Assembly (NCBI RefSeq): GCF_022539665.2
Contig: NC_081331.1
Coordinates: forward strand, 10,664,001-10,728,000
Reading direction: 5' to 3'
DNA: 64,000 nt
Source of the DNA: Daphnia carinata
Lineage: Eukaryota
Shown here: one piece after another, positions 39,601-52,900 of the stretch
Layout: each line of letters starts with the position of its first letter
How positions within the stretch are numbered: the first letter of the stretch is position 1
The notes under the pieces: generated by a model
What the model was told of the DNA's origin: nothing
The model's database searches: none
What the model saw: only the letters and a program-made list of their open reading frames with translations
Program-made: the position numbers and the translations under genes

Positions 39601-42600
39601 TGATGGAGCAAAAAAAAAAACAAAAACAAAAAGGCAATTCTACGTGCAGAGTGGCTGCAAAAATCGGTTGCAGAAGGAGGGATGAGTCATGACCGCCCAC
39701 ATCCATCCAAGCGATCCATCGAATTGCAGACACGGGGACAACGAGACAAACATTCCGCCCACCGTTTGGCCTTTTAAGTAACGATTTATGCCGTACTGTT
39801 TTCTTTTATTTCCTTGTTCGCTCTATCTCTCTCTCTCTCTCTCTCTCTCTTTTAGAATGCATACCAACACAACAGCCCTTTATTTTATTTTCTTTTTTTC
39901 TCTCCAGCAAAGCTGAGTTGCCGCCCTTCTTTCTTCCAGGAATCGACTCCAATATTATCCTCCCTTTTATTAGCCTTTTTTTTTTACTTTTCTTTTCCCC
40001 AGTTGTATTTTTATATTTGCATTATATGCGTGTGTGTTGTTGGAGGAATAAAAAAAAAAAGATGTTCCATCGAAAGCGCAGAGGAAAAGAAAAAAAAAAA
40101 AAAAAAAAAAGGAAATTTTTACGGTTCTCCGGTGGTTGTTGGGATTTTTATATCTTCGTGGGGTTCTTCTCCTTTTCCCTTTTGCAATGCCCTTCCTTAA
40201 AGGCCATCCATCACACCCAAAAAGAGTGACGTGAATCCGCATCGCAAGCCTCTCCCAACCAACCCTCACTTACTACCTACTCTCCCATCTCTTTCTTTTC
40301 TTTTCTTTTTTTTTCTAAACTGCATCTTGAAAAACGATCTTCTCTTTCGATTTCCTTCTTAAAACATTCACCAACGTCACACAGGAAACTATTTTTTTTT
40401 ATTTCCTTCTAACGTTGAGCGAAAAAGAAAAAAAAAATATCAATCAGTTGTGTTTGCTTCGCTTCCAGGTGACGTGAAAAATACAAGAAAAAAAAAATCC
40501 AAAGATATCGTTCATCACGTCGTTGTCCCCCATCCACCCCCTTTCGAGGGGAATGGTGGGGGGCTAACCGTAGCCAAGCCTTCGGGGTCAATTAGCACGC
40601 GGGACGGGCAACTGTTCGGCGCCGTTCCAAACGACCAAACGTCGTCGCAGCGTGTGTAGAGGGAAAAGAAACAGGATTATAATAACGACTGACAAAAAAA
40701 AAAAAAGGACCCAAAGAGAAGAAAAGTTTTCGTTTTTTTTTTTTTTTTTTTACATAAACGCGGCAGCCATCCAAAACGTCTAGACTCACCGAGATGCACG
40801 GTGGGGAGGTTAAAGAACAGAGTTTTTTGTGTGTTTACGATGTAATCGACTTAGTTACTTCGAAAATAATCGATACCATCCCTCCCCACTATCAAATCAA
40901 GTGTATTTTCCATTTTTTAAGAAACGTCTCTTGTTTTTGTTTTTTAAATGGACGGGACACACAAATTTCATTGAAAAAAAAAAAAAAAAGACCACGGGCG
41001 CGAAATAAGAAGAATCTGATGATTGAATTCTTCCTTGTAAAATCCGGACATGGAACGATAAAGGGAAAAAAAAGTTTTGATTCCTCCTTTGTGTGTGTGT
41101 GTGTGTGTTTCCGCAGCAACAGATCCATCACTAGTTTTTATACCCACCATCAAGACGAAATGCATCCATCATTTGTTTTCCGAGACCTTTCCTATATCCC
41201 CCCAGCTCAAGTCTGTACGAACGTTTTTCAGCCAACACTAAAGACACCCGGACACACACACACACAAAGAAAAATGACGCAATCCCTATAAAACGATACG
41301 GCAATCAAGTAGAGTTGCATTTGTATTTTGCTTTCGAAGTAAAATAAAATTGGCAATCAAAAAAAGAGCGAGACGGAAAAACTTTTTACCACGTCTGGCT
41401 CTCGTGGGAGGTAATCAGCACGCGACTCTTACCGTTAATTACTGCCGACAAAGATTGAACCCCCCACTCAATTGTTGGATAGGCTACTACACTCACTTCT
41501 CATGGGGGCCCTCCCGGAAAGGGAAAAAAAATAGGAGGAAATGAGGGGATGTAATAAGAGGGATCCCCTATCTATTCAAGCCGTTTTTGATCGTGAGTGC
41601 GGGACTGAACAAATACAAAAGAATCAACAAAAGAAATGTTAATCATTCGAGCGAGCGTTTGAGAAACATGCGATTAAACCCCCCCCCCCAACGTAGTATA
41701 AAAATGGGCAGTTAAATATCGAGTTTTGTGGACCAAGAAGATTAAAAGTCGTCAAGTCTCTCTCTGTATTTTAGACTATTCACCTCCTCCTATTTTATTT
41801 ATTTTTTTTTTTTGACAGACCCACCCCTCTTTTAGAATCCATTCACCTGATGAGGCGATGTGTGCAGGGGTTGGAACTGTACACCCAATCTCTAAAATGT
41901 GCCCTTTTTCAACAAACGGGGATGACATTGACAAACTACTCGACAAGAATCGGGGCTGATAAACCTCCGACCCCAAAGACCGAAAAACCCCAGATCAAAC
42001 ACAAAAAGGGAAAAAAAAAAGTGGTTTTCTATATACGTACGTAGTCCTCTCTCTGCCACCCTCGTTCCATATTGATTAATGGACAAAAGTGGCATCAAGG
42101 AGAATGGAAGGGGGCCTCTCCTCAATTGGCTCTGATAAAGAATCGAAATCAATGGTTACGCAAGCGAGAGAGGAAGCAACAAGATGCGTAAAAAGTGCCT
42201 GACTTTTTCTTCTTGCTGTGAGTTTCAACATTACAATCTCAGATGCAAACAAGATCTCAACGGAGGTGCCTCAAAGTGATACATGTGGTTCAACAAAAGC
42301 ACTGCGAACATGCTGAATTCAATTCCACCATGCTGGGTGTTTTTGAATGTATCAAACAAAATTGGGAACGAAAGGGTTACTGTCATGTTCTTGATGAGTA
42401 CCAAACAAAGTCTAAGGAACCACCTGAGCGAGTGGGATCCACTATGAAGATTGTGTTCAAAAAGTAAAAAGGTGACTCGGTAAGTGATTCATGCATCAGC
42501 TTGATGAGTTCAAAACAGGAAACTGGCACGAGTGAGTGAAGACTTTTTTTTTCCAAGAGGAAAAACAAAAAAAGGAACAGCACAGTCATTAGTAGCCTGT

Positions 42601-42875
42601 TGCTATGCTGTTATAACCATGGCTGGCTCAGTTGTTTGGGTGTACAAGGCAATGAGGGGCGCGACGCCATAACCCGGCCAAAAGGTGTCGAGTGACAGCG
42701 CCCCGGCTTTGCCATGTTTACCTTTTGGAAATGCATCACGTCGCCACAAATAGAATGTGTGTGGTGGAAGGTCATATACCCAGTATGGGGTGTCTATACC
42801 CAGTGTGCAATGTTAGGGGCGAGCACGAGAAGGAATAAAAAGAAAGGAAAAACAATACAATAATGCTTGACTCAC

Positions 42876-42930
42876 CGTTTTAAATAGTTTTTTCTCTGGA
42901 CAATTCGTTCTCTAGGGGGATAAAAACTGA
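42876..42930 (-). promoter_or_regulatory. Candidate non-coding first exon / promoter of mbl
   Basis: Minus-strand initiator-like TCAGTT (42930-42925) followed ~50 nt later by a consensus donor ACG|GTGAGT (42875-42870). This sits where the homopolymer/microsatellite-rich domain ends. No transcript evidence is available. Confidence 0.3.
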
Positions 42931-45900
42931 AAACAACAAGCAGGCAGGCAGGGAGGTGGTGGCGTAACAAACCCAGAGCTGAAAATTCAAAAATAAATAA
43001 TCTAAATCACGTCTTTTTTACTGTAGCATTTTTGCTTTTAAATTATAATGAATTGATAATATTACAAAAACTTGCAGCTCGTGGGACTCTAGAAGAGCTG
43101 GAAGAGAGAAACAACACAAAAAATAACAACCATGTTTCCTCCCTAGTCGGCCATATTGAAATTGAAAGTGGGTGCCGCTTCTCAATATAAACATGCAGCG
43201 CCGCAGAACGGAAATCAAATGAAACTCAATCCTCTATTTATTACATGTTTATCATATTTAAACATGGATTTTCGTTAGATAACCACTTTATCTTTTTCAG
43301 TGAAAGATAATTTTTACATCTGCTTTCCAATCCTTGATTACGCTTTTACACGCTTTTTTGACATGAAAATATCAGAATATTTACAAAGGCTACAAACACG
43401 ATAGCAGACGAATCTTAAACGGATTCCGGTGGCAGCACTATCGTTAATCAAAATCAATTTCTTCCTTAATGAAAAGTGATTATTAACCACCTCCGAAAGA
43501 GCACAAGTCGTTTTCGTACAATTACGATTCAAGATAATTTAAAAAAAATACAAATTCTTAAGAAACTGGAAAAGTAGCGCCATATCTGGCACAATAATTT
43601 CGGCGCCGATCCAAGTACAATTTCCAACCGAAACTGTGTAGCAAAAGGGCGTCTGGAACAAAAAGAAAACCCTTACGTGAATGATGATGATGACGGGTCT
43701 GTCTGGGTAATTAAGGTCGGTAGGATGAGTTCGATTGTCTCTGTAATCATAAAGAGCCATGTACGGGTAGCTGAAATTAATAACGGTTTCTCTTACAGCG
43801 AGACAGACACACACACACACACACACGCCAACACATGCATATGGAAGCAATACGATAAGAAGGGGGAAGTAAAATGCACAACAAAAAAAAAAAACACCTG
43901 GTCCCCCTAGCCCCCCACATCTAGATCTGACTAAACAAGAGCTCGTTTATAAAATAAAAAATGGCCAGTGACGAATATACCTGTGTACGCATGTGAACGA
44001 AAATGGTGAATAAACATTATATAGGAAGGCTTGTTATGTATTTTTTTTCTAGGAACGAAAAATAGCTACGTAAAGAGGGGGAATTTTCACGCACAGGTGC
44101 GCGCGTGATACGTCAGATAAAATATCCAAACACGCAACGCCAGACTTTGGGAAGTCTGAATGTGCGATGAGGTGTGTGTGTCTATCTACAACAACGGTAT
44201 TGGATGGAACAACAACAACAAAATGGAAAGGGGGAGGACGAATTTTTATATTAACGAGCGTCACACACACCCAAATGTATTAAACATCATACGGAAGAAT
44301 AATAGAAAAATATCAAATATCGAATAAAATGCTGAGAAATGGGTGTGTGTGTGTCCGGCCTTTTTCGTCACTGTCGGCATTCCTGGTCGCATCTTTGCGT
44401 GTTGTCATCGCGTCAAGAAAACCACAATCATATAAACCAGACACCTTTTCTTATTGTTGTAAGGTGTCGGTGACACGAAACACGCGCATACCTTTTTCTT
44501 TCTTTTTTTTTTTTTCATTGAAAAATTTCTCTCACTGTTTTTAAATTGCGGTCATTGTTTTATAATAGAGAGAAAACGAAATGAGAGACGACTAGAATTT
44601 TTCCAATTCCTGGAACCCGTTTTACCACACGACTATACGAAAGATTGAAAACCAATACCTCCGCTCACGAAGAAGGAATGTTAATAAAAATACGAGACGC
44701 TGTGTGCGCATGTCTATTTTTAAAACTATATATGTACAAAAATAAGGGAATTGTTCACTAGCAATTGGATATGCATTACGATATAACGGTAAAAAATAAT
44801 TAAAATAATGAAACGTAAAAAAAAAAAGAAATATTTCAAAAAAATTTTAGTTTAAAAAAACAAAATTATCCTCCGCCCTGCTGTGTGACGTGTCTTTCTC
44901 TATTTGGTTGTTCCACAACACACAGTCGCCCTATGCATAATATACTTTTTATAAAACGAAACGAAGAAAAGGTATAGATGTAAAACGCTGATGACCAGCA
45001 TGCCATAAGTCAATCGAACGTGCTGCATATAAACCCGTTTTCTTTTCGTCATGAAAAAGAAAAAACTTGTTCCCGCGTGACTCACGAAGTCCCGAGGGAT
45101 TTCGGCATTCAAAAAGATAGCAAGACCTTCACCGTTTCCATTTTTGCACATCGGCAATCATATTTTTTTTCTCCGTGAATCACGTGCCAATACATTTTTC
45201 CCGTTGATGGCTTCGCTCATTACGCGTCTGAAGCGTACAAAGTTGAAGGGTTTTTTTCTCCAATTTTGTAAAATTCGTCACGACGTATTTATCTATGCTT
45301 TAAAAGAAAAGAAAAAGGTTCATTATGTTGACTTCCGTTTGCTATTATATGCTAAATTAGACACAAGATTCATTAAACTCTTTTTTATTATTCTTCTTTT
45401 TTTTTTCTTTTTCATTTTCTCATTTATTCTCTCAGTTTCGTTCTTTCGCTCCGTCATCCTGTTCAATCTAGCGTGAAAACGTCTGTTTTTTGTTGTTTTT
45501 TTTTCTATACAAATAAAAAAAAAATTTCCCGGGCCCACAGAAATGGGGAAAACCATATTGGGGCCTTGCTGCATGTTATTATGTAGAAGCAATAACGGAA
45601 TATAAATAATGCTATTATGTGCATCACATTTTCTTATATACAATCTATTTTTGTATATACGAGACTCTTTCCGGTCGTCAGGATAATCACACCAAAAAAA
45701 ATCCTTTTTCTTTTTTTTATTAAATTGTTGTTTAACTTAATAATGAGTTATGCCACAAACTATATATACGCACCATCACCCAGTATTTTTCGTATTGGAC
45801 AGGAACGTCGAGTGACAGCGATTTATATGTAAAGTGCATATCAGAACAAGCAACACGCACCCGTTTTTCAGGTTCAATAAGTTTTATATAGGCAACCAGG

Positions 45901-46956
45901 ATGTACACACACACACACACACACACATCCTGCACCTTATCCAATATTAATGTAGACACCCCCCGGACTGATCTATAATACACTCGAAATTTTTCTAAAT
46001 GATTACAACCCTTTATGCTTTGAACAAGAACATTCATAGACCCATTTCTTATTTTTAAAAACATCATCATCGTCCGCCAATTTAGAAATATATATTTTTT
46101 AAAAATCTCTTTATCTACGTGCAATAAGTGCTGTATAAGAACCCTACACTATTGTTGACCACATACCATACGAGTTCTTCATCTTTGCTCGCATTCTATT
46201 CGATATCATAAAATTCCCTGGAATTGGGGGAGGAAAAAAAGGCGAATCGAAGGAATTCCCAGTTCCCAAAAGAAAAAAGAGTTTTGACAAAAGGGATGCA
46301 ATGAGATCGTCAATTTTTCTTGATCCGTCCATCGTGTACCCTCATATATTGGTATAGCAATAGCATTTCTTCGTCGTTAATAAAAATGACCGGTTTTTCA
46401 CACACACAAAAAAGACATTCCTGTTCAGCGCTCCATCTGTCCGCATAATAAAGCGTACGATTTCCATTCGAGCGAAACTATTTCTTCATTGAAATGCAAG
46501 CAATAAAAAATCAGGTTCCTTTCACCCCCGTGTTTATGTACACAAGTGTTTCACACACAAAAGATCTTCTTACTTAACGGCGCATGGAAATGGTGGAGAG
46601 AAACTCTGAATCGATGGCCATCAACTAGGAATTAGAAATTAAATTTGAAGCGTTTTTTTGCGCCGGGTAATGCAGACAGCAGTTGCTGTGTACACGAAAG
46701 TACGGTATAAGAAAGCGCTAAAAAGTTTGTGATTTATTTTTTTGTGATTTGCTTTGTAATGTCGTGAGTTGCGTGACGGCCTTCTTGGCTGGCTGCGTTT
46801 TCCCTTTGCATGAGTCATTCAGCGCGTCAGAGTTTTTATAGGCTACAAACAAGACAAGACGGGTAGAAAGAAAAAATATATATATTTATTTATGTAAAGG
46901 CTAACTTTTGTGAAAACGGTGGTCACGACAAAGAAAAGAGAAGTTGAAACGACTGT

Positions 46957-46972
46957 GCTGCCATCTATTGAC
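46957..46972 (-). promoter_or_regulatory. CTCF-like motif
   Basis: Minus strand GTCAATAGATGGCAGC matches the CTCF core (CCASYAGRKGGCRS) with two mismatches. Confidence 0.4.
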
Positions 46973-49900
46973 ATTTACATTTCGACTTAAAAGAAAATGC
47001 ATTTCGGCTTGAAAGAAAAAGAGATAATGCAATGACGAAGAAGAAAAGCAGTTTACCCTTCCCCTAAACTGCGAATGGCAAAAGGTTTGTTTTCCCTACC
47101 CTTCTTACAGATCTCAACGTGCCAAAAAAATAGAAAGTACGGATTTAGGTAAAACTCAAAACACAAATTTCCAATCTAATAGCATCTACTTGGAAAACGT
47201 TTGGATACCAAATAAAACTATGCATAACAAATAGACGAACATAAATAAAAGATGAACGTATACCGCGTAAAGGCAACAAGTGATTGAATCTGTCACGCGG
47301 CAGGCACATAAATCTCGAAACTTTTCCTCTTTACATCGAAATAAATGAATGTACATCATCCCTTTTTCTCTCTCTTCGATATGCATACACATCACATATG
47401 GCCTTAAAAAAATATATATAATACATCACTTTAGTGTACAGCTACCGCGCCCTGTCATTCAATAGGCGTTACGTCATTTCGTTTCTTTTTTGAATGCCTT
47501 TTTTTTTGGGCGTCTTTTAAACGGAGCAATACATCAACATGTTGTATGCGTTTCCTTCGATATTAGTTTATATGTAGGCCCTACTGCTGGTTTTATTCTA
47601 TGATATACGTCAAAAAATCTACCGAAATAAAGACGTATGCATTTAATGTAATAATCCATCGAGTATATATTTATGTACAGCTGTCTGCCATATCAGAATA
47701 TTGAAATTGCATATTCAAAGGCTGATGATGATGCCACTGCCCCTAGAGCACTTTTTTGTTATTTATTTATTGTTGTAGAAAATAAGTGGACGTGTTGCTG
47801 GCGGTCAAAGTGGCCTCACACAGGGCCGGCTCTTTTTATTTTTTTGAATTGAGGAACAAGTGGGCTCCCCACGATAGCACTCTCTCTTCCCACTCTTTTC
47901 TTATTTTATTTTGTGCGCACGTTCCATTAGTGAACGACACTGGGGTGATGGCGAGTTAATGGAATAAACATATATTCATCCAAGGAAATAGTTATATATA
48001 GGATTGGATTAAAAAGAGCTGGACAATCGTTGGGGCAAGTGCCTTTACATGTAAAAAAAAAAGGGGGGGAAGTGTGAAAAAAAATAAAGACTGTGCACAA
48101 TGTCGCAGGCAATTTCCAGCGTGATGTGGGTCCAGCGTACATGGCCGACTTGTATTAAGTAAAAGGAGGGGATATTGCTTTATTTGGTCGCTTTATTAAT
48201 TACTATACATAAAGGTTTACTATCAGATTGATCCTAAGGCAAGGGAAAGTCCTATTTTTCAAAGTATTCGACTGACGATGGACGTCATAGATGCGATCGA
48301 TAATTCAATTTAAATATTTAATCTCCGCAACGCTGGGGTTATCCTGTACTTCTGTACGTAGATAAAGTGCCGCTTCACCAATATCAGCTTTTTAAATGAC
48401 ATATTTAAATTCGTACCGCCCCAACAACATCACATTTTGATTGACTTCCAGATCATTCCTGTGCGATATTAAATCATTTTGGCAGACGATTCTAACCCAA
48501 AAAATAGCATGAAAAATAAAAATCTGTACATGCACGAGAGGATAAACCACAAATATAGATATAGATATAAGAAAATTGGATGGGCAAATAGATGTAAAGA
48601 AGGAAGCAGCAGATGGAAAAGACAGTGGATGATTCTGGATAGAAAGTTAAATATTTCATGATTTTCATTTCAAAGAGGATCTATTTTCATCACCCCAATC
48701 TCTATTTATAACAATCTGCTGATACGTTATGCATTCGCGGTCTATTTCTCTGAACAAATCGCAAACTGCTTTTTTGATGAACAAATGTTCAAATGCTTAA
48801 TCAATAATGTCTCGATTTTTCAATTAAAGCAAAAGAGGGGAATGGAAATCTTTTGAATTTATACACACAGGCTTTCATGTCAATCGATGTTGTGCCCAAG
48901 TAAATATGAGGCAGCTTTGAGGATCGCAGAGGACTATATGCAAATTTTCATATAATAAATACATATCTCAGGGTGTAAATACATATGTGTGTCTACGTCG
49001 TCGTGATCCAAAGACAGCAGATTCTTTGTGTAATACAAGCTATTTCAGGAGCTGCGCGAAAACGTTGAAAAATGTTTTCCTTTTTTTTCAAATAAAAATA
49101 AAACTTTGTTTGCAGCCCAAACGTCATTTCCTTACGCCTTTTTTTTTCCTTCTCCCTTCTATACATAGATGTAAGCTTATGTGTGTACATACCAACGTCG
49201 GAGTACGTTTTGAACAGTTTTATGGATTTTCATTTCGTCGACGACAAATTTACGACAATGGCCACGAAAAGTTGATGGCCAACTTTGTGACTTTCTCACC
49301 CCTTTTGAAATCCTGCTGGCTATATAAGCGAAAAGCTCATACGAATATACATAGACTTTAACATAAAGTCTTCGATGTTTTCTCTAATGAAAACATCAGA
49401 AACCTTTTGAAAGTCAAACACCAAATGAAAAGGTCGTCTTTTAATGGTCATTTGAAATGTTCATGTGTCAACGTTGTGTGATCACACAGACAGCTACCAT
49501 TTAAAATCCAATGTTCAAGCAGACGGTGGTGTAGGATAGGACGCATAAAGAAATATACAGGAAAAGAATCTCTTGATAAAATCAAATAATATATACAGTC
49601 CGTTGGTCGGTGGTCTATCTGCATGAAACCATATCTTTTGAGAATATGATGCACGAACGTGTGTAGCCTACTGTATATACGTTTGGTGGCGGGAATTGCT
49701 CATCGATTGACGACAAAGATATACCAAAACTACACAAGGTTGGGACGAGAAGGCTCATTGGCTAACGCCGCCTATTAAATATAAAGTTGAAGCAGCACAG
49801 ATTCGAAGATTGAAGGGGGAAATGTGTTGTTCGTTTTACAAAAGAAAATTGTGGTTTTCAGATGTGTCTATATATACAAATCAAACTAGACAGAAAGAGG

Positions 49901-52900
49901 GAGAAACTAAATTTCGTAGAGGGGAAAATCGTGTCTCGTAGGGAATCTAATAAAAAAAAAGGGGGACGTCTTTTTTTTTATGTGTATAAAAACAAAGGGC
50001 GTGGTTGACAACGTTTTTTGCACGCACCAACTGCAGTGTTCATGTATTGTACATGTCTGATGGATGGCGGGAATGAAGCACATTGCAGTACACACATATC
50101 CGATTCGATCAAAATGAGCTTCCTTATACCATATGTCTATATAGATAAGGCCAAAAGTAAAAGGAGGGGTTGCTTAGCGATCGATATCTACCGAGGTTGA
50201 AAACCGCAAGTTTTTTTCTAATGGTATGACGCTAATCAAATTTGGCTATATTTATCCTGAAGCTTGCTGCTTTCTTTATGTCCATCGTCATTTAGACGTG
50301 AAAACATCAAATTCTAAAATTTAATTGAGTTAAGGGAAGTAGACTTTTCCTTGATACCAAAAACAAATCCCAGGGAATTCACAAATAACGGCGACTAGCG
50401 CAATTATGTTGAACTAAAATCCGGTAAAGGCATCCAGTCTAGCAATACAGATATTACAAAAAGGTTTTAATTTAATTAGATGCCAAGATATTTAAGACTC
50501 GAGTCTTTTTTTGATTAGATTTTTAGAAGCTACACAATAAATGTTTCATCATTAGCAACTGTAACTAAATGCCATCACATATAAGCAACCTATTTTTAGT
50601 TGCTAATGAGCCTGTCTAGCCACAAGTCACGTTCATCATCACGTACATAGGCCATCATAAACAGTCGCTTCATGTCATATAATAGGCAATGTCGGAATAG
50701 CATCATCAAATGAATCAACTACCACCACCAAGTTTTATCAGAAAAGCTCCTGAATATCACGCATAAAGCGCACTATCTAAATGATTCTCACGTCTTGCAA
50801 ATGAGAGTAAAATTCTTGCAGTCCCTATATGAGTTGATATCATTATGCGTGATGGAAGACTCGACAATTGCTGCAGGCTGATTTCGTGTAGCCACTGAAT
50901 AAATGCGACTAAGACCAGGATCAAATCTGAGTCTCTTTGTTAAATGCGGCATTTGTTTGTGTTATTCGCGTGCACACCGAAAACAACAAAGAGTAGTATA
51001 CCACATCTCATTTCACGTCTCTTCATTATTTTTGCGCATGCATCTACATAAATCATCATTTAACATTGATAGGCTGTGTGCATATATTACGAGGTAGACT
51101 CGGATAATAAAAGCAACATAATGAGAGTCCAATGACTTTTATATATACACGGAGCCAGTCTTAAGGAGATGGCCGCGATAAAGCATTTGGGATATTGCGA
51201 ATATTTCAACAGCCTATATGTATAGACTGTCACGAAGAAATCCTTAGATTAAAAATCTTAAGCTAGGATAATATATATTGATATCATAGATGAAAATGTA
51301 TAATAAACTATCAATCATTGGCATATTCTAGCCCGCATTCGTTTATTAACACATCTATATCCTATACGTAAATGCAGAGGGGATTTATTCGTGGATTAAT
51401 AGCCTTATAGAATAAAAATCGCTTTATTATTATTAGGCCACAGAAAGCGGCTTAGAAACCACGCCACAGTTTTTTAATCTCTTTTTTTTTAGGGGGGTTC
51501 TTTTTCCGAGATCGATTTATCAAAATCCTTTTGTATTAAAACTCCCCATTTTATTTTAATAAAACAAGAAAAAACAAGACGATCTATAAAAGAACAATTT
51601 CTTCATTTAACAAAATACACATCACACCCGTTTTTTTCATGTTGTTGCATACAACATCAATTTAGACTGCGGGCAAAAGGTTAAAACAAAAAAAAATACG
51701 TTCGATCGTTCAGAATATCTCATGCATATTTACCATGTTCAGTTAAGTGCTTTTTTTTCTCTCGCGAAAACCATTTTCCATATATATACATATATATAGT
51801 CGTTGTCCTCCCCTCCTGCTGCAGGGTTAAATGTCTCTTCATGCTGTGCTCTATAACACACAGAATATAAGGGGCGAGGGACATCGTCAGGCCCATTGCA
51901 CAAGGATCAATAAAAAGCCCTTGCAGCAGACGCTCTTATAATAAAAGTCTCTTTTGTTATCGGGGTCGCCTTTTTTTTCATACAATATTATTTGATGAAT
52001 TTGTTTTAGGATATTACAGAAAAAAAAATCATTGACGATATATTTGAATGTATGATGCGTATATACTATATGCCAAATATTGTTCTGGGACTCTTTGGGC
52101 AATGATTTTGAGTTGAAATGTTCAATAGAATTTGGTCGGATGTATTTTAGAGATGCACAAAGATAAGGACAGAGAAAGTGGTGCAACTGCTGCTACCAAT
52201 AATGACATGTAAAAATTTGAAAATGAAAAAAGGGAAGAATAAGCGGGAAACATGAACGAAGAATAACAATGAAGCAATAAGATTCCATGCATCAGTTTTC
52301 GTGTGTTCGTGTGTATGTGCACGAAACTATATACGAAAAAAGAAATTGCCCAAATAGACACGATTAGATTTGATTCTATATGAAAACTGTAATACTTGAA
52401 AGTTGTATACATTTAAATAAATGGCCACCGCACTCTTGATGAGTTTAAATGATTGATCCAATAACTTGCCGTTTCGCCTGCTGTCGCACAATCAGAGACA
52501 TTAAAGTCACAATATAGTCAACAGCCGCTGTAGACTTGTATAGTATAACCTATTAAGATGTCTGCCGTGTGTGTGTATATAGCCTCAGGGCACGCTTGGT
52601 TGTACATATGCAAATGAAGCGTGATAGTCGTCCCCTTACTTGGCCAAAGTTTTGCTACTATATATTGTGTGTCCCCGTGAGTTTGCTCCCCCCACCCAAA
52701 AAGTCTGTCTATATCCGTCCGACAATTCACGAGCAGAATCCAAAAGTACTGCGGGACTGTTGGAGCAGTTGATGAGAGTTATTTGCTCAGGAGAGACGCG
52801 TCCCACTATACTGATATTTAAGGGGTTCTATACACAGTTCTCCAGGTTTACGTGTTTGGGGTATAGACATTAAGTTATGCACGACACATGCTGCGAAACT

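Noticed and set aside
42243..42467. 74-aa ATG ORF in the CpG-poor island
   Set aside because: No recognisable family or splice-supported extension; the region was kept only as a compositional finding.
41847..42530. CTGATGAG / TTGATGAG hammerhead-like cores
   Set aside because: No stem II closing onto GAAA and no flanking helices.
47736..47750. CTCF-like GCTCTAGGGGCAG on the minus strand
   Set aside because: One base short in the core spacing.
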